Shown: in pieces, positions 27,971 through 38,669 of the stretch
Numbering within the stretch: the stretch's first letter is position 1
How the letters are laid out: the number at the start of each line of letters is the position of its first letter
DNA from: a bacterium
Lineage (GTDB): Bacteria; UBA8248
Direction of reading: 5' to 3'
Length of the DNA stretch: 64,000 bases
Assembly (NCBI GenBank): GCA_965203325.1
Contig: OZ241875.1
Span: 4,032,001-4,096,000, forward strand
Position numbers and translations under genes: made by a program
The notes under the pieces: generated by a model
Told to the model about the DNA's origin: nothing
What the model saw: the letters and a program-made list of their open reading frames with translations, nothing else
Database searches by the model: none

Positions 27971-29194
27971 ATGGGGCGCAGGATGGAGAATCTCGACCCG
28001 ACACTGATGGCGCGAATCCAAAAAGACGGCGTAGGGCCCTTCTTGCGATCTGCGCGTGAGAAAAAAGGCGTACCTCTCCGCGCGATCTCCGAGCACACCC
28101 GAATCCGAACATACTATCTGGAAAGTATTGAAAACGGCGATTTCGATAAATTGCCGACCGGACCGGTCGGTCTGGGCTTCGTTCGCGCTTTTGCGGATGC
28201 GGTGGAGGTGGACTGCCAGTCCGTCGCCGCGAGCTATAAGCGTGAAATGGCGGGCGAGGTTCCATTGGAGGGATTTGGGCTGGAGACCGAGACCCGAACC
28301 TTCTACAGCCCCGCTTCCCGGGTGAATCGATTCTCATCCGTCGCCACCTTTGCTTTCGTGTTGATTTTTCTGCTCGCCGGCGGGGGGCTCCTCTGGTTCA
28401 TGAAAGGGAGGACGGAGCAGCTTGTTCCGGTTGAATCGATTGTGGGCAGAATCAAGACCGCTGTTGCGCCCGTGGCGGAGAAGATCCCCGGCCTCAATGA
28501 AAAAGCAAAGGATGAAAATGGAACAGGGAAAGAAACCGCCGTTATCGAGAAGGAGGCTTCCGGGCAGGAGCGCTCTCCCGTCGAGGCCGTGAACCTGAAG
28601 GAGTCTCCGGTTTCAGGGGAGGGGGAAAAACCTTCTCCGGCTCAAGATGGTCTCCCGGTCCAGGAGAATTCTGTGGCTGAACAGACTCCTGCCGATCAAG
28701 AGGACCCACCGGCCCGGGCGCAGGAAAGTCCACCGGTTCAAGCGAGCGTCCAGCTTCAGGAGACTCCCCCGGTTCGTGAGAACCCATCGCCTCCGGAGAA
28801 TCCACCGGTTTCGGGAACCCCGCCGGCTCAGGCGAACCCTCCGGCCGAGCAGAAAGTCGCCCTCAACACGGCGCCGCAGGCTCAAGACACGCCCCAGGAG
28901 GAACAGCCCTCCGAGGCTCCGGCACCGGCGACTCCCGGGGAGCCCCCCATGACACTCAGGATTTTTGCGGCGGAAGACACGTGGCTTCGAATCGTGGTCG
29001 ATGCGAAAAATACGGAAGAACTCCTTTTGCTGGCGGGCAACGAGAAAGATTGGAAGGCGTCGGAAAAATTCGCCCTTACGGTGGGCAACGTGGCGGGAAC
29101 TCAGGTATCCTTGAACGGTGCGGAGGTCGCGTTGCCCCAAAATACTTCCAACGTGCTCAGGGATTTCGTCCTTACCAGGAATTCTTTGAATTAA
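27971..29194 (+). CDS. rodZ: RodZ-like protein (HTH, TM, Pro-rich linker, DUF4115)
   Basis: GPFLRSAREKKG...YLESIENGDF, one TM segment, C-terminal TWLRIVVD...VGNVAG. Confidence 0.8.
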   Translation: MGRRMENLDPTLMARIQKDGVGPFLRSAREKKGVPLRAISEHTRIRTYYLESIENGDFDKLPTGPVGLGFVRAFADAVEVDCQSVAASYKREMAGEVPLEGFGLETETRTFYSPASRVNRFSSVATFAFVLIFLLAGGGLLWFMKGRTEQLVPVESIVGRIKTAVAPVAEKIPGLNEKAKDENGTGKETAVIEKEASGQERSPVEAVNLKESPVSGEGEKPSPAQDGLPVQENSVAEQTPADQEDPPARAQESPPVQASVQLQETPPVRENPSPPENPPVSGTPPAQANPPAEQKVALNTAPQAQDTPQEEQPSEAPAPATPGEPPMTLRIFAAEDTWLRIVVDAKNTEELLLLAGNEKDWKASEKFALTVGNVAGTQVSLNGAEVALPQNTSNVLRDFVLTRNSLN

Positions 29195-29285
29195 GGGTTT
29201 ATCTGAAAGTTTACATGCCGTACGTGACGCTCCGACTCATTGCATCGCCTCATGCGCATCGAGCAGAAACCAGAAATTTCACATC

Positions 29286-32200
29286 ATGAATGAATCCTTT
29301 TTATCGCTTCGGGGTCTCGACGGGGTCAGGCGGGTTCACTTGCGCGGCGCGAACGATGCGTCGGTCGCCTGGTGGCTGGCCAGGATTGCGCGCGAACACC
29401 CCGGACCCGTCGTTTACGTCGAGGAGGAGCAGCGACGCCTCGAAGTGATCAAAGCGAACATGAAGCTGTTCCTCGGCGCCTCGGGGGAGCGAAATGCGCC
29501 GGTCCTGGGTTTCCCGGCATGGGACGTGTATCCCTTCTCCCGGTTGTCTCCATCGAGTGAAATTGTCGGCGAGAGGATGTCCGCGCTGCGGTTTTTGCGC
29601 GACGGAGGACGAGGCGTCGTACTGACGAGCGTATCGGCCATGGGGACGAGGGTGCCTCCGCCCGAGCGTTTGGGCGCCGCTGTGATTCACTTGCGCGAAG
29701 GGATGGAGATCGAGCGCGACCCGTTCATCGGCTCGCTCGAATCGTTGATGTACCAAAGGCGGTCGGTGGTCGAATCCCCCGGAGAATATACCGTAAGGGG
29801 CGGTATTCTGGACTTTTTCTCCCCCCAGAACGCATACCCGACGCGCCTGGAGCTTCGCGGGGACGAAATCGATTCCCTGCGATACTTCCATCCCCAGACG
29901 CAGCGAAATCTGAACACCTTGCAAAGTGCGGACGTTTTTCCATCGAGAGAGATTGTTCTCTCGCCCGAGGAGGTGGAGAGGGGCCGCCGCGCCCTTTTGG
30001 AAGCCGATACGCCGGAAACGAGCGAGCGGGTCGAGCGCCTTCTCGAATACCTCGATGCGGACGGGCATTTTTCGGGGATGGAGGGGCTCGCGCCCATGTT
30101 CTTGTCCGACATGACGACCTTGTTCGACGTGTCGCCCGGGAGCGCGCTCTGGATTGTGAACGAAGCGGGAAACCTCGACGAAGCGATCGGGAAGCTGTGG
30201 GGCGAAGTGAACGAGGAGGCGCGTCTCGCGCCCGAGAGGGGTCTCGTTTCCTTCGCGCCCGAGCGTTTGTGGCTCGCGCCCGGGGAAATTCGCGAGGAAC
30301 TCTCCATCTGGCCGCGTCTGGAGTTCCATTCGCTGGGGCTCGACGCCGAAGATGCCGAAGCGGGTTTCGGGGCCTTGCGCGCGGAAAACATCAACCCTTT
30401 CCGGGGGCGGGTGGAGGCGTTCGTCGGTCAACTGCGCTCGTGGCGGCGGGGTGATGAAAGCGTCGTCATCGTGGCGGAGGAGAAGACCCTCGCGCTCAGG
30501 ATACAGGCGCTTTTGCGCGAGCATGAGGTGGGCGTGGAAATTTTGCCCCGAGGGGCCTCGCTCATGGATGGGCGTCACGACGTCGTTCTGGCGGAGGGGA
30601 AACTCGGCGCCGGCTTCCGGCTGCCCGATGAGCGCAGGGTGTTCTTTCGCGCGCAGGACCTGCTCGTCGGCGCTTTGGGGCGGGATTCGCGCCGTCTCCC
30701 CCGGTCGAAGCCCGGCGAGGGGTTCAAGGATTTGAGCGAAAACGACCTCGTGGTGCACGTGGAGCACGGCGTCGGCCGCTACATGGGCACGCGCGTCATC
30801 GAGCACCGCGACGGGGAGAACGAATTTCTCACCCTCCAGTATGCGGGGGGCGACAAGCTCTACGTCCCGATGGACGACGTCGAGCGCATTCACAAATATC
30901 GCGGAGGGGGAGTGGCGCCGCCGCTCGACAGGTTGGGCGGGAACCGGTGGAACAAGACGAAGAACAACGTCAAGAAATCGCTCCAGGGGATCGCTCGCGA
31001 TCTGGTGCGGCTGTATTCGGAGCGGAGCGCCGCCCGGGGGTATGCCTTTTCGGCGGAAGGCGCGTTCGATCATGAAATATCCGCCGGCTTCGGGTTCGAG
31101 GAGACGCCCGATCAGGAACAGGCGATTCGCGCCGTGCTGGAGGATATGGAGCGCGCCCGACCGATGGATCGCCTCATCTGCGGGGACGTCGGCTACGGAA
31201 AGACGGAGGTGGCGCTCAGGGCCGCCGCCCGGGCGATTTCGGCGGGCAAGCAGGTCGCCGTCATCGTGCCGACGACGCTCCTGGCGCACCAGCATTGGGA
31301 CACCTTTCGCACGCGCTTCGAATCGCTGCCGGCCCACGTGGAGATGCTCTCGCGCTTCAGGAGCAGAAAAGAGCAGACTGAAGTTGTGGAAGGGCTCTCC
31401 GCCGGGCGGGTGGACATCGTCATCGGCACCCACCGGATGTTGCAAAAAGACGTGTCGTTCCGCGATCTGGGGCTTTTGGTCATCGACGAAGAGCATCGTT
31501 TCGGCGTCTCCCACAAGGAGAAGCTCAAGAAGCTCCGCGTCAACGTGGACGTTCTCACGCTCACCGCCACGCCCATCCCCCGGACCCTGGAGATGGCGCT
31601 CTCGGGCACTCGCGATTTGAGCGTTATCGAGACGCCTCCGCGCCACCGGGTCGCGCCGCGCACGTATATATCGCGTTTCAGCGAAAAACTCATCAAGGAC
31701 GCCGTCACCAAGGAAATCGACCGGGGCGGGCAGGTGTTTTTCGTGCACAACCGGGTGCAGAGCCTCCCCGCCATGCAGCGGCTTCTGCGGAAACTCGCGC
31801 CCGACGCGCGCGTCCTGGTGGGTCACGGCCAGATGAAAGAGAGAGAACTCGAAGACGTGATGGAGCAGTTCGTGACCCGGCGGGCCGACGTGCTGCTGTG
31901 CACCACGATCATCGAAAGCGGTCTCGACATTCCCTCGGTCAACACCATCGTCATCAACCGCGCGGACACGTTCGGCATGGCGCAGCTATACCAGTTGCGC
32001 GGCCGGGTGGGGCGCGACAGGTTCCAGGCGCACGCCTACCTTCTGGTCTCGGGCGCAGGCTCCCTGACGAAGCAGGCCAGAGAACGCCTCCAGGCGCTTG
32101 AGGAGTTGAGCGAACTGGGGGCCGGCTTCAAGCTCGCCATGCGCGATCTGGAAATCCGCGGCGCAGGGCACTTGCTCGGGCATCGCCAGTCGGGGCAGAT

Positions 32201-32738
32201 ATCGGCCGTGGGGTTCGACATGTACTGCCGCCTCTTGGAAGAAGTCGTGCAGGAGGCCAAGGGCGAGACGGTCGAGCGCAGCGAACCCGATATCGCCGCG
32301 CCGGTGGCGGGCACGCTGCCTCCTTCCTGGATTCCGGCCCAGGCCGAGCGCCTGGACGTATATCGCCGAATCGCATCGGCGCAGGCGCCGGCCGAGTTGA
32401 GGGAGTTGGGCGTGGAACTCCAGGATAAATACGGAACGATGCCGGCGCGGGCCCTCCACCTTCTGCAACTCGGGGAACTCCGCTTGCGCGCCCGCCTTTG
32501 TGGAATCAAGTCTCTCCACGTCCGCGGCAAGGAGGCGCATCTGGAAATTTTCCCGGGCGACTATGAGTTGACGGCCGCCTTTCTCGACATGCCGGGAATG
32601 GTGTTTACCGACGCCCACGCTTTTCGCGCCGGCATCAGCGGGCGCTGGCCGGAGGATTTTGACTTTCTCGTTCAAGTGCTGGATGCTTTGGAAGTGTGCA
32701 AGGTCCCGGAAGGCGAGTTGGCGGCGAAAGAGGCATGA
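29286..32738 (+). CDS. mfd: Transcription-repair coupling factor
   Basis: VVHVEHGVGRY, CGDVGYGKTEVA, IDEEHRFG, TATPIPRT, QLRGRVGR, TRCF C-terminus. Confidence 0.97.
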   Translation: MNESFLSLRGLDGVRRVHLRGANDASVAWWLARIAREHPGPVVYVEEEQRRLEVIKANMKLFLGASGERNAPVLGFPAWDVYPFSRLSPSSEIVGERMSALRFLRDGGRGVVLTSVSAMGTRVPPPERLGAAVIHLREGMEIERDPFIGSLESLMYQRRSVVESPGEYTVRGGILDFFSPQNAYPTRLELRGDEIDSLRYFHPQTQRNLNTLQSADVFPSREIVLSPEEVERGRRALLEADTPETSERVERLLEYLDADGHFSGMEGLAPMFLSDMTTLFDVSPGSALWIVNEAGNLDEAIGKLWGEVNEEARLAPERGLVSFAPERLWLAPGEIREELSIWPRLEFHSLGLDAEDAEAGFGALRAENINPFRGRVEAFVGQLRSWRRGDESVVIVAEEKTLALRIQALLREHEVGVEILPRGASLMDGRHDVVLAEGKLGAGFRLPDERRVFFRAQDLLVGALGRDSRRLPRSKPGEGFKDLSENDLVVHVEHGVGRYMGTRVIEHRDGENEFLTLQYAGGDKLYVPMDDVERIHKYRGGGVAPPLDRLGGNRWNKTKNNVKKSLQGIARDLVRLYSERSAARGYAFSAEGAFDHEISAGFGFEETPDQEQAIRAVLEDMERARPMDRLICGDVGYGKTEVALRAAARAISAGKQVAVIVPTTLLAHQHWDTFRTRFESLPAHVEMLSRFRSRKEQTEVVEGLSAGRVDIVIGTHRMLQKDVSFRDLGLLVIDEEHRFGVSHKEKLKKLRVNVDVLTLTATPIPRTLEMALSGTRDLSVIETPPRHRVAPRTYISRFSEKLIKDAVTKEIDRGGQVFFVHNRVQSLPAMQRLLRKLAPDARVLVGHGQMKERELEDVMEQFVTRRADVLLCTTIIESGLDIPSVNTIVINRADTFGMAQLYQLRGRVGRDRFQAHAYLLVSGAGSLTKQARERLQALEELSELGAGFKLAMRDLEIRGAGHLLGHRQSGQISAVGFDMYCRLLEEVVQEAKGETVERSEPDIAAPVAGTLPPSWIPAQAERLDVYRRIASAQAPAELRELGVELQDKYGTMPARALHLLQLGELRLRARLCGIKSLHVRGKEAHLEIFPGDYELTAAFLDMPGMVFTDAHAFRAGISGRWPEDFDFLVQVLDALEVCKVPEGELAAKEA

Positions 32739-32748
32739 GGCTCTCATC

Positions 32749-33732
32749 ATGGGAAATGTGAGGCGTGCGCGGCGTCTGGTTCGAGGCGGCCTGGCCCGGT
32801 GGTCGTGGATTTGCGGGGTGGCGCTGCTCGTCGCGGCGGGTTGTGATTCTGCGTTTCAGACGAAACATGAGAAAAAAGACGCCCTGCTCGCGCAGGTGAA
32901 CGGCGAGCCGATTACCCGCGAGGATGTGCGCGCGCATTTCATGGTGGGCGGGCATCACGAAACGCCCCGCAAGGCCGAAAAATCCATACCCAGGGTCCTC
33001 CTGGATCAACTCGTGGAAAGGCGTCTCTTGCTCCAGCGTTTCCGGGAGACGGGCGAATATGTAAGCGAGGGGAAGGTGAGGCGTTTCGTCGAATTCATCC
33101 GCCGCCAGTACGGTGATCAGGATTTGAAGACCATCATGAAAGAACAGGGGATCGACGAGGAGTTGTGGCTCAAGACGATGCGCGAGACGCTCGAGATTGA
33201 GCACCTGCTGGAAAGGGAAGTGTATTCGAAACTGAGGGTCTCGGATTCGGAGATTGAAGATTATTACAACCGCAACAAGGGGAAATTCCGGGTTGGAAGA
33301 CGCTGGCGGGTTCGCCAAATCGTCGTCTCTTCGACTAAAATAGCTTTGCGATTGAGGAACCTCATCCTCGAGGGGAAATCGTTCGCGGCGCTTGCGCAGG
33401 AACATTCCATCGGTCCCTCGCGCGCCGTGGGCGGCGATTTGGGTTATTTCCAGCAAGGAGAATTGCCCGAAAACATCGAGAATGTGGTGGAATCGCTGGA
33501 GCTGGGCGAGGTGAGCCGGGTCGTCAAGAGTCCGGCGGGCTTCCACCTCCTGGAGGTACCGGAGAGGAGGTTGCCGTTCCAGAAAACATTGGCGTCCGTG
33601 AGGGACGACATCAGAAAACGCTTGCTGGCCGATAAGGGGCGGGCGAAACTCGAGGGCTGGCTCGGAGAACTCAAGCGAAATGCGAAGATCACATACTATC
33701 CGGAAAATCTTGAAAATGTCGTATCGGGCTAG
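32749..33732 (+). CDS. Parvulin-type PPIase / PrsA-SurA-like lipoprotein
   Basis: Lipobox VAAGC, AQVNGEPIT, FAALAQEHS...GGDLG...GFHLL. Confidence 0.85.
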   Translation: MGNVRRARRLVRGGLARWSWICGVALLVAAGCDSAFQTKHEKKDALLAQVNGEPITREDVRAHFMVGGHHETPRKAEKSIPRVLLDQLVERRLLLQRFRETGEYVSEGKVRRFVEFIRRQYGDQDLKTIMKEQGIDEELWLKTMRETLEIEHLLEREVYSKLRVSDSEIEDYYNRNKGKFRVGRRWRVRQIVVSSTKIALRLRNLILEGKSFAALAQEHSIGPSRAVGGDLGYFQQGELPENIENVVESLELGEVSRVVKSPAGFHLLEVPERRLPFQKTLASVRDDIRKRLLADKGRAKLEGWLGELKRNAKITYYPENLENVVSG

Positions 33733-35203
33733 ATGTTTTTGCGTTTTGGCGGTTGCGTTTTGCGCCCTGGCGGCCGCGGCCGCTCCGGTGACCTCCGCCT
33801 CCGTGACGATCGAGAGAATCATCGCGAAGATTGACGATGACATCATCATGCTCTCGGAGCTTCAGGATTTCGTGAAGCCCAGCGTCGAGAAGTTGCGGCA
33901 GAATTACAGGGGCGAACAATTGAACCGGCGGATCCGCGAACTCGAACTCGCGGCGCTCGACACCATGATACAGAGCAAACTCATCGCGAAGCGCGCCTCT
34001 GGTCTCGAGCTGAACGTCAGCGAAAAGGAAATCGAAAACGCAATTGCGGGCATACTTCGCGAGAACAAGACGACGACGGCCGGGTTGCGCGCTTTCCTGG
34101 AGTCGCAGGGAATGACGATGGAGCAATACCGCGACGAGCTTCGCAAGAAGTTGCTGGCGAGAAGAGTGGAGAACATGGAAGTCGGCGGGCGCGTCTCGGT
34201 GTTGGAGCAGGAAATCGCGGATTATTACGACGCGCATTCCGATGACTACCGCGAGGCCGAGAAGCGGACGGTGCGGCAGATTTTCTTTCCGGTAGACAAG
34301 GGCGCCTCCGCCTCTGAAATCGAGGCGCAGCGCAAAAAGGCGGACCTCGCTTATGCGGAAGCCGCGAAGCCGGGTGCTGATTTCGCCGGAGTGGCGGAGA
34401 AGCATTCCGAAGGCCCCGCCCGAAGCCGGGGCGGCTCGCTGGGTTCGGTGAAGAAAGGCGAGGTCTTTCCTGAGCTCGAGCAACTCATTTTCTCGACGCC
34501 GAAGGGTGCGACGAGCAAGCCGACGAGAACGAGGGTGGGTTTTCACGTCATCCACGTCGATGACGTGGAGCCGGGGAAGGTGATTACCCTCGACAGGGTG
34601 TCCGGCAAAATCCGCAGCAAACTCTTCCAGGAGAAATTCACCAAGAGACGCCGCGAATGGATAACGGACCTCAAAAGAGCCGCTTTTCTCGAAATCAGCT
34701 ACGACCCCGCTCCTTCCCCCGATGGCTTGTCTTCCGTGTTCCGGGATGTTCGCGAGCAGATCAGTTTCAGGCTGGTCGGCGTCAAGCTCAAACAAAGCGG
34801 CGGCAGGTTGTTCGGGCAGGACAGAATTTTGTGGGCCTACGGCGCGAACAGGGACAAGCCCCGCTGGAAATCGGACAGGGTGAAGGTGGGCGAGGGCGCG
34901 AGTGTCGGGAAAGACGCCATCAACGCCCTGGAGGCGGGGCACCGGCTCTTTGTGAATCCCGACCCCTCGGCGAACGTCTATTTGTTCCGCTACGTGTACC
35001 TGCTGCCCGACTCCTACATCGGCAAAATCAGCTTTGCGGACATGATCAAGGCGTTCTCGGAAGGCTCGAAGGGCGAAGGAGGAAAAGCCGGGTCGAGAAC
35101 GATGTCCATCGAGACGGACAACAAGGCCGCGCGGCTCGAGTTCGAGGTGGAGGTTCAGAAGACGCGCAGCATCGTGGCGGATCCGAAAGAAATCACCCAA
35201 TGA
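33716..35203 (+). CDS. SurA-like chaperone/PPIase with an extra C-terminal domain
   Basis: ERIIAKIDDDIIMLSEL, FAGVAEKHSEGP...GGSLG...GFHVI; about 165 aa extension. Confidence 0.85.
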   Translation: MSYRARCFCVLAVAFCALAAAAAPVTSASVTIERIIAKIDDDIIMLSELQDFVKPSVEKLRQNYRGEQLNRRIRELELAALDTMIQSKLIAKRASGLELNVSEKEIENAIAGILRENKTTTAGLRAFLESQGMTMEQYRDELRKKLLARRVENMEVGGRVSVLEQEIADYYDAHSDDYREAEKRTVRQIFFPVDKGASASEIEAQRKKADLAYAEAAKPGADFAGVAEKHSEGPARSRGGSLGSVKKGEVFPELEQLIFSTPKGATSKPTRTRVGFHVIHVDDVEPGKVITLDRVSGKIRSKLFQEKFTKRRREWITDLKRAAFLEISYDPAPSPDGLSSVFRDVREQISFRLVGVKLKQSGGRLFGQDRILWAYGANRDKPRWKSDRVKVGEGASVGKDAINALEAGHRLFVNPDPSANVYLFRYVYLLPDSYIGKISFADMIKAFSEGSKGEGGKAGSRTMSIETDNKAARLEFEVEVQKTRSIVADPKEITQ

Positions 35204-35212
35204 TGACGTAAG

Positions 35213-35527
35213 ATGCGCCTCGACCAGTTTTTGCGGTATAGCCGTCTGGTCAAGCGCCGTCCCCTGGCCAAGAGCCTGGCGGACGGGGGTGCGGTGGATA
35301 TCGAGGGAAAAACGGCCAAAGCCTCCTCCCGGGTGGAAATCGGAGACGTGCTGCGCTTAAGACTCGAGAACAGGACCCTGCGGGTCCGCGTCCTCGGGGA
35401 GGCGAGGCGCAATCTGTCGAAAAAAGACGCCTCCGCTCTGTTCGAGATTCTGGAAGAATCCGCCCCTATCCCCGATGAAGAGGAGGAACGCTCGGGCGCG
35501 CCGCTCGATTTTTTGAAGCGCGGCTGA
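35213..35527 (+). CDS. S4 RNA-binding domain protein (YabO/Hsp15-like)
   Basis: MRLDQFLRYSRLVKRRPLAK...AKASSRVEIGD. Confidence 0.88.
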   Translation: MRLDQFLRYSRLVKRRPLAKSLADGGAVDIEGKTAKASSRVEIGDVLRLRLENRTLRVRVLGEARRNLSKKDASALFEILEESAPIPDEEEERSGAPLDFLKRG

Positions 35528-35622
35528 ATTCCCTCTTGCTCTTTCGCGGAAAGACTGCTAGTTTTATCGAAATTTCCCGGCTGTCCTTCGCCGGGCGGAA
35601 ATGACATGGTGACATAGAAATT

Positions 35623-35660
35623 CCCCTTTAATGTCGTCCCGTGAGGCGGCGAAGGAGGAA
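35623..35660 (+). promoter_or_regulatory. PyrR-binding RNA element (pyr attenuator)
   Basis: CCTTTAATGTC-GTCCCGTGAGGC-GGCGAAGG closely matches the CUUUAA...GUCCNGNGAGGY PyrR binding loop; directly upstream of pyrR-pyrB-pyrC-carA. Confidence 0.85.
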
Positions 35661-35696
35661 ACCCGGATGCTTGCCATCTACTCGCGCGTTCTCGGA

Positions 35697-35728
35697 ACTC
35701 CATGCCCCTTGGGCATGGAGTTTTTTTT
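35697..35728 (+). terminator. pyr attenuator terminator
   Basis: ACTCCATGCCC-CTT-GGGCATGGAGT followed by a T-run. Confidence 0.88.
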
Positions 35729-35773
35729 GTGCTCCGCTCACGCGCAAGCGCCCGGACACCGGATTCGGGCCCG

Positions 35774-36298
35774 ATGATGCAACAACTCGACGCCGAGCAG
35801 CTGAGGCGCACCCTGAGGCGCCTCTCGCATGAGATTATCGAGCGCACGGCCGATCTGTCGGATCTGGTGTTCATCGGGGTTCGCACGAGGGGCGCGCCGC
35901 TCGCGGAGAGGCTGGCCCGGGAGCTTCAGTCTCTCGTGGGCGTGCATCCGCTCGTGGGCGCGCTCGACGTGACGCTCTACCGCGACGATCTGAATCAGGC
36001 CGCAGGCGCGAGGACCGGCCTCAAGAAAACGGACCTGCCCTTCTCCTGCGAGGGGAAAGACGTGGTTCTCGTCGACGACGTGCTCTACACGGGCCGCACG
36101 GCGCGCGCCGCCCTGGCCGCGCTCATGGGCTTCGGCCGGCCCCGCCGGGTGCGTCTCGCCATCCTGGTGGACAGGGGAGGACGCGAACTGCCCATCCGCG
36201 CCGATTTCGTGGGGAAGAACATCGAGGCGATCCATCCCGAGGAGGTGCGGGTGCATCTGGAGGAGACCGACGGCCAGGACGGCGTTTACAAACGATAA
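35774..36298 (+). CDS. pyrR: Bifunctional pyr operon regulator / UPRTase
   Basis: LRRLSHEIIER, LDVTLYRDD, LVDDVLYTGRTARAA, DRGGRELPIRADFVGKN. Confidence 0.95.
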   Translation: MMQQLDAEQLRRTLRRLSHEIIERTADLSDLVFIGVRTRGAPLAERLARELQSLVGVHPLVGALDVTLYRDDLNQAAGARTGLKKTDLPFSCEGKDVVLVDDVLYTGRTARAALAALMGFGRPRRVRLAILVDRGGRELPIRADFVGKNIEAIHPEEVRVHLEETDGQDGVYKR

Positions 36299-36340
36299 AG
36301 GCGCCCGGGGGGCCGGGCGTGAAAAAGAGGGGGGGGACAT

Positions 36341-37346
<1,006 letters not shown>

Positions 37347-37363
<17 letters not shown>

Positions 37364-38669
37364 GGGAGGACGCCTCATCGACCCTGCAGGCGGCGTCGAT
37401 GAGAAGTGCGACATCCTGATCGAGGAGGGGAAGGTCGCCCACCGGAAAAAGAACATCCTGCCGCGTGGCGGGGATGAGATCATCGACGCGGCGGGGCTGG
37501 TCGTCGCGCCGGGGTTCATCGACATGCACGTCCATTTCAGGGAACCGGGCCAGGAGTACAAGGAAGACATCGAGAGCGGCACCCGCGCCGCCGCCGCGGG
37601 CGGCTTCACCGGCGTGGCGTGCATGGCGAACACGGATCCTGTGAACGATACGAGCTCCATCACCGAGCGCATCTTAAAGCGCGCGCGCGAGGTGGGCGCC
37701 TGCCGCGTGTTCCCGGTCGGCTCGGTTTCGGTGGGCCTCAAGGGCGAAGAACTGAGCGAGATGGCCGAGCAGATGGAGGCGGGCGCGGTGGCCTTCAGCG
37801 ACGACGGCGTGCCCGTCAAGACGGCGGCGCTCATGCGCGCGGCCCTGGAATACGCCGGAATGCTCGGCGTGAGCGTGCTCGATCACGCGGAAGACCTCTC
37901 GCTCTCGGGGGGGAAGGTGATGAACGAGGGGGCCGTCTCCACCCTGCTCGGCCTGGCGGGAAACCCGGCGGCGAGCGAGGACATCTGCGTTTACCGCGAC
38001 ATCCGCCTGGCGGAACTGACCGGCGGCAGGCTCCACATCCTGCACATCTCCTCCGCGGGCGCGGTAGACCTGGTCCGCGCGGCGCGGGCGCGCGGGGTGC
38101 GCGTGACGGCGGAGGTGACGCCGCACCATTTCGCACTTACGGACGAGGTGATACAGGGCTTCGACTCAGCCGCCAAGATGGCGCCGCCGCTCCGCGATGA
38201 GGCGAACAGGGAGGCGCTGCTGGAGGGACTCAAGGACGGCACGATATCCGCCATCGCTTCGGACCACGCGCCGCACTATGAAGCCGAGCTCCAAAGGGAG
38301 TTCGACGCCGTGCCGTTCGGGATCGTGGGGCTGGAGACGGCCGTATCGCTCGCGCTGGACAGGCTCGTGGGCGGGGGCGTGCTCACGCTGCCCGAGATGA
38401 TCGCGAAGTTCACGGCGGGGCCGTGCGAAGTGCTCGGCCTGCCATACGGCACGCTCAAAGAGGGCGCTCCGGGGGACGTGACGATCCTCGACCCCGAGCG
38501 CGAGATCACGGTCGACCCCGACGCCTTCGAGAGCAACGGCAGGAACACGCCCTTCGCGGGCTGGAAGCTCAAGGGCTGCGCCGTCGCCACGGTCGTCGGG
38601 GGAGAAGTGCGGATGAGCAGGTTGGAAGGCGAAATGAAAATCTGCGGGCAGGAGGCACTCACCACATGA
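37347..38669 (+). CDS. pyrC: Dihydroorotase
   Basis: [37 protein letters not shown] at 37347. Confidence 0.95.
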
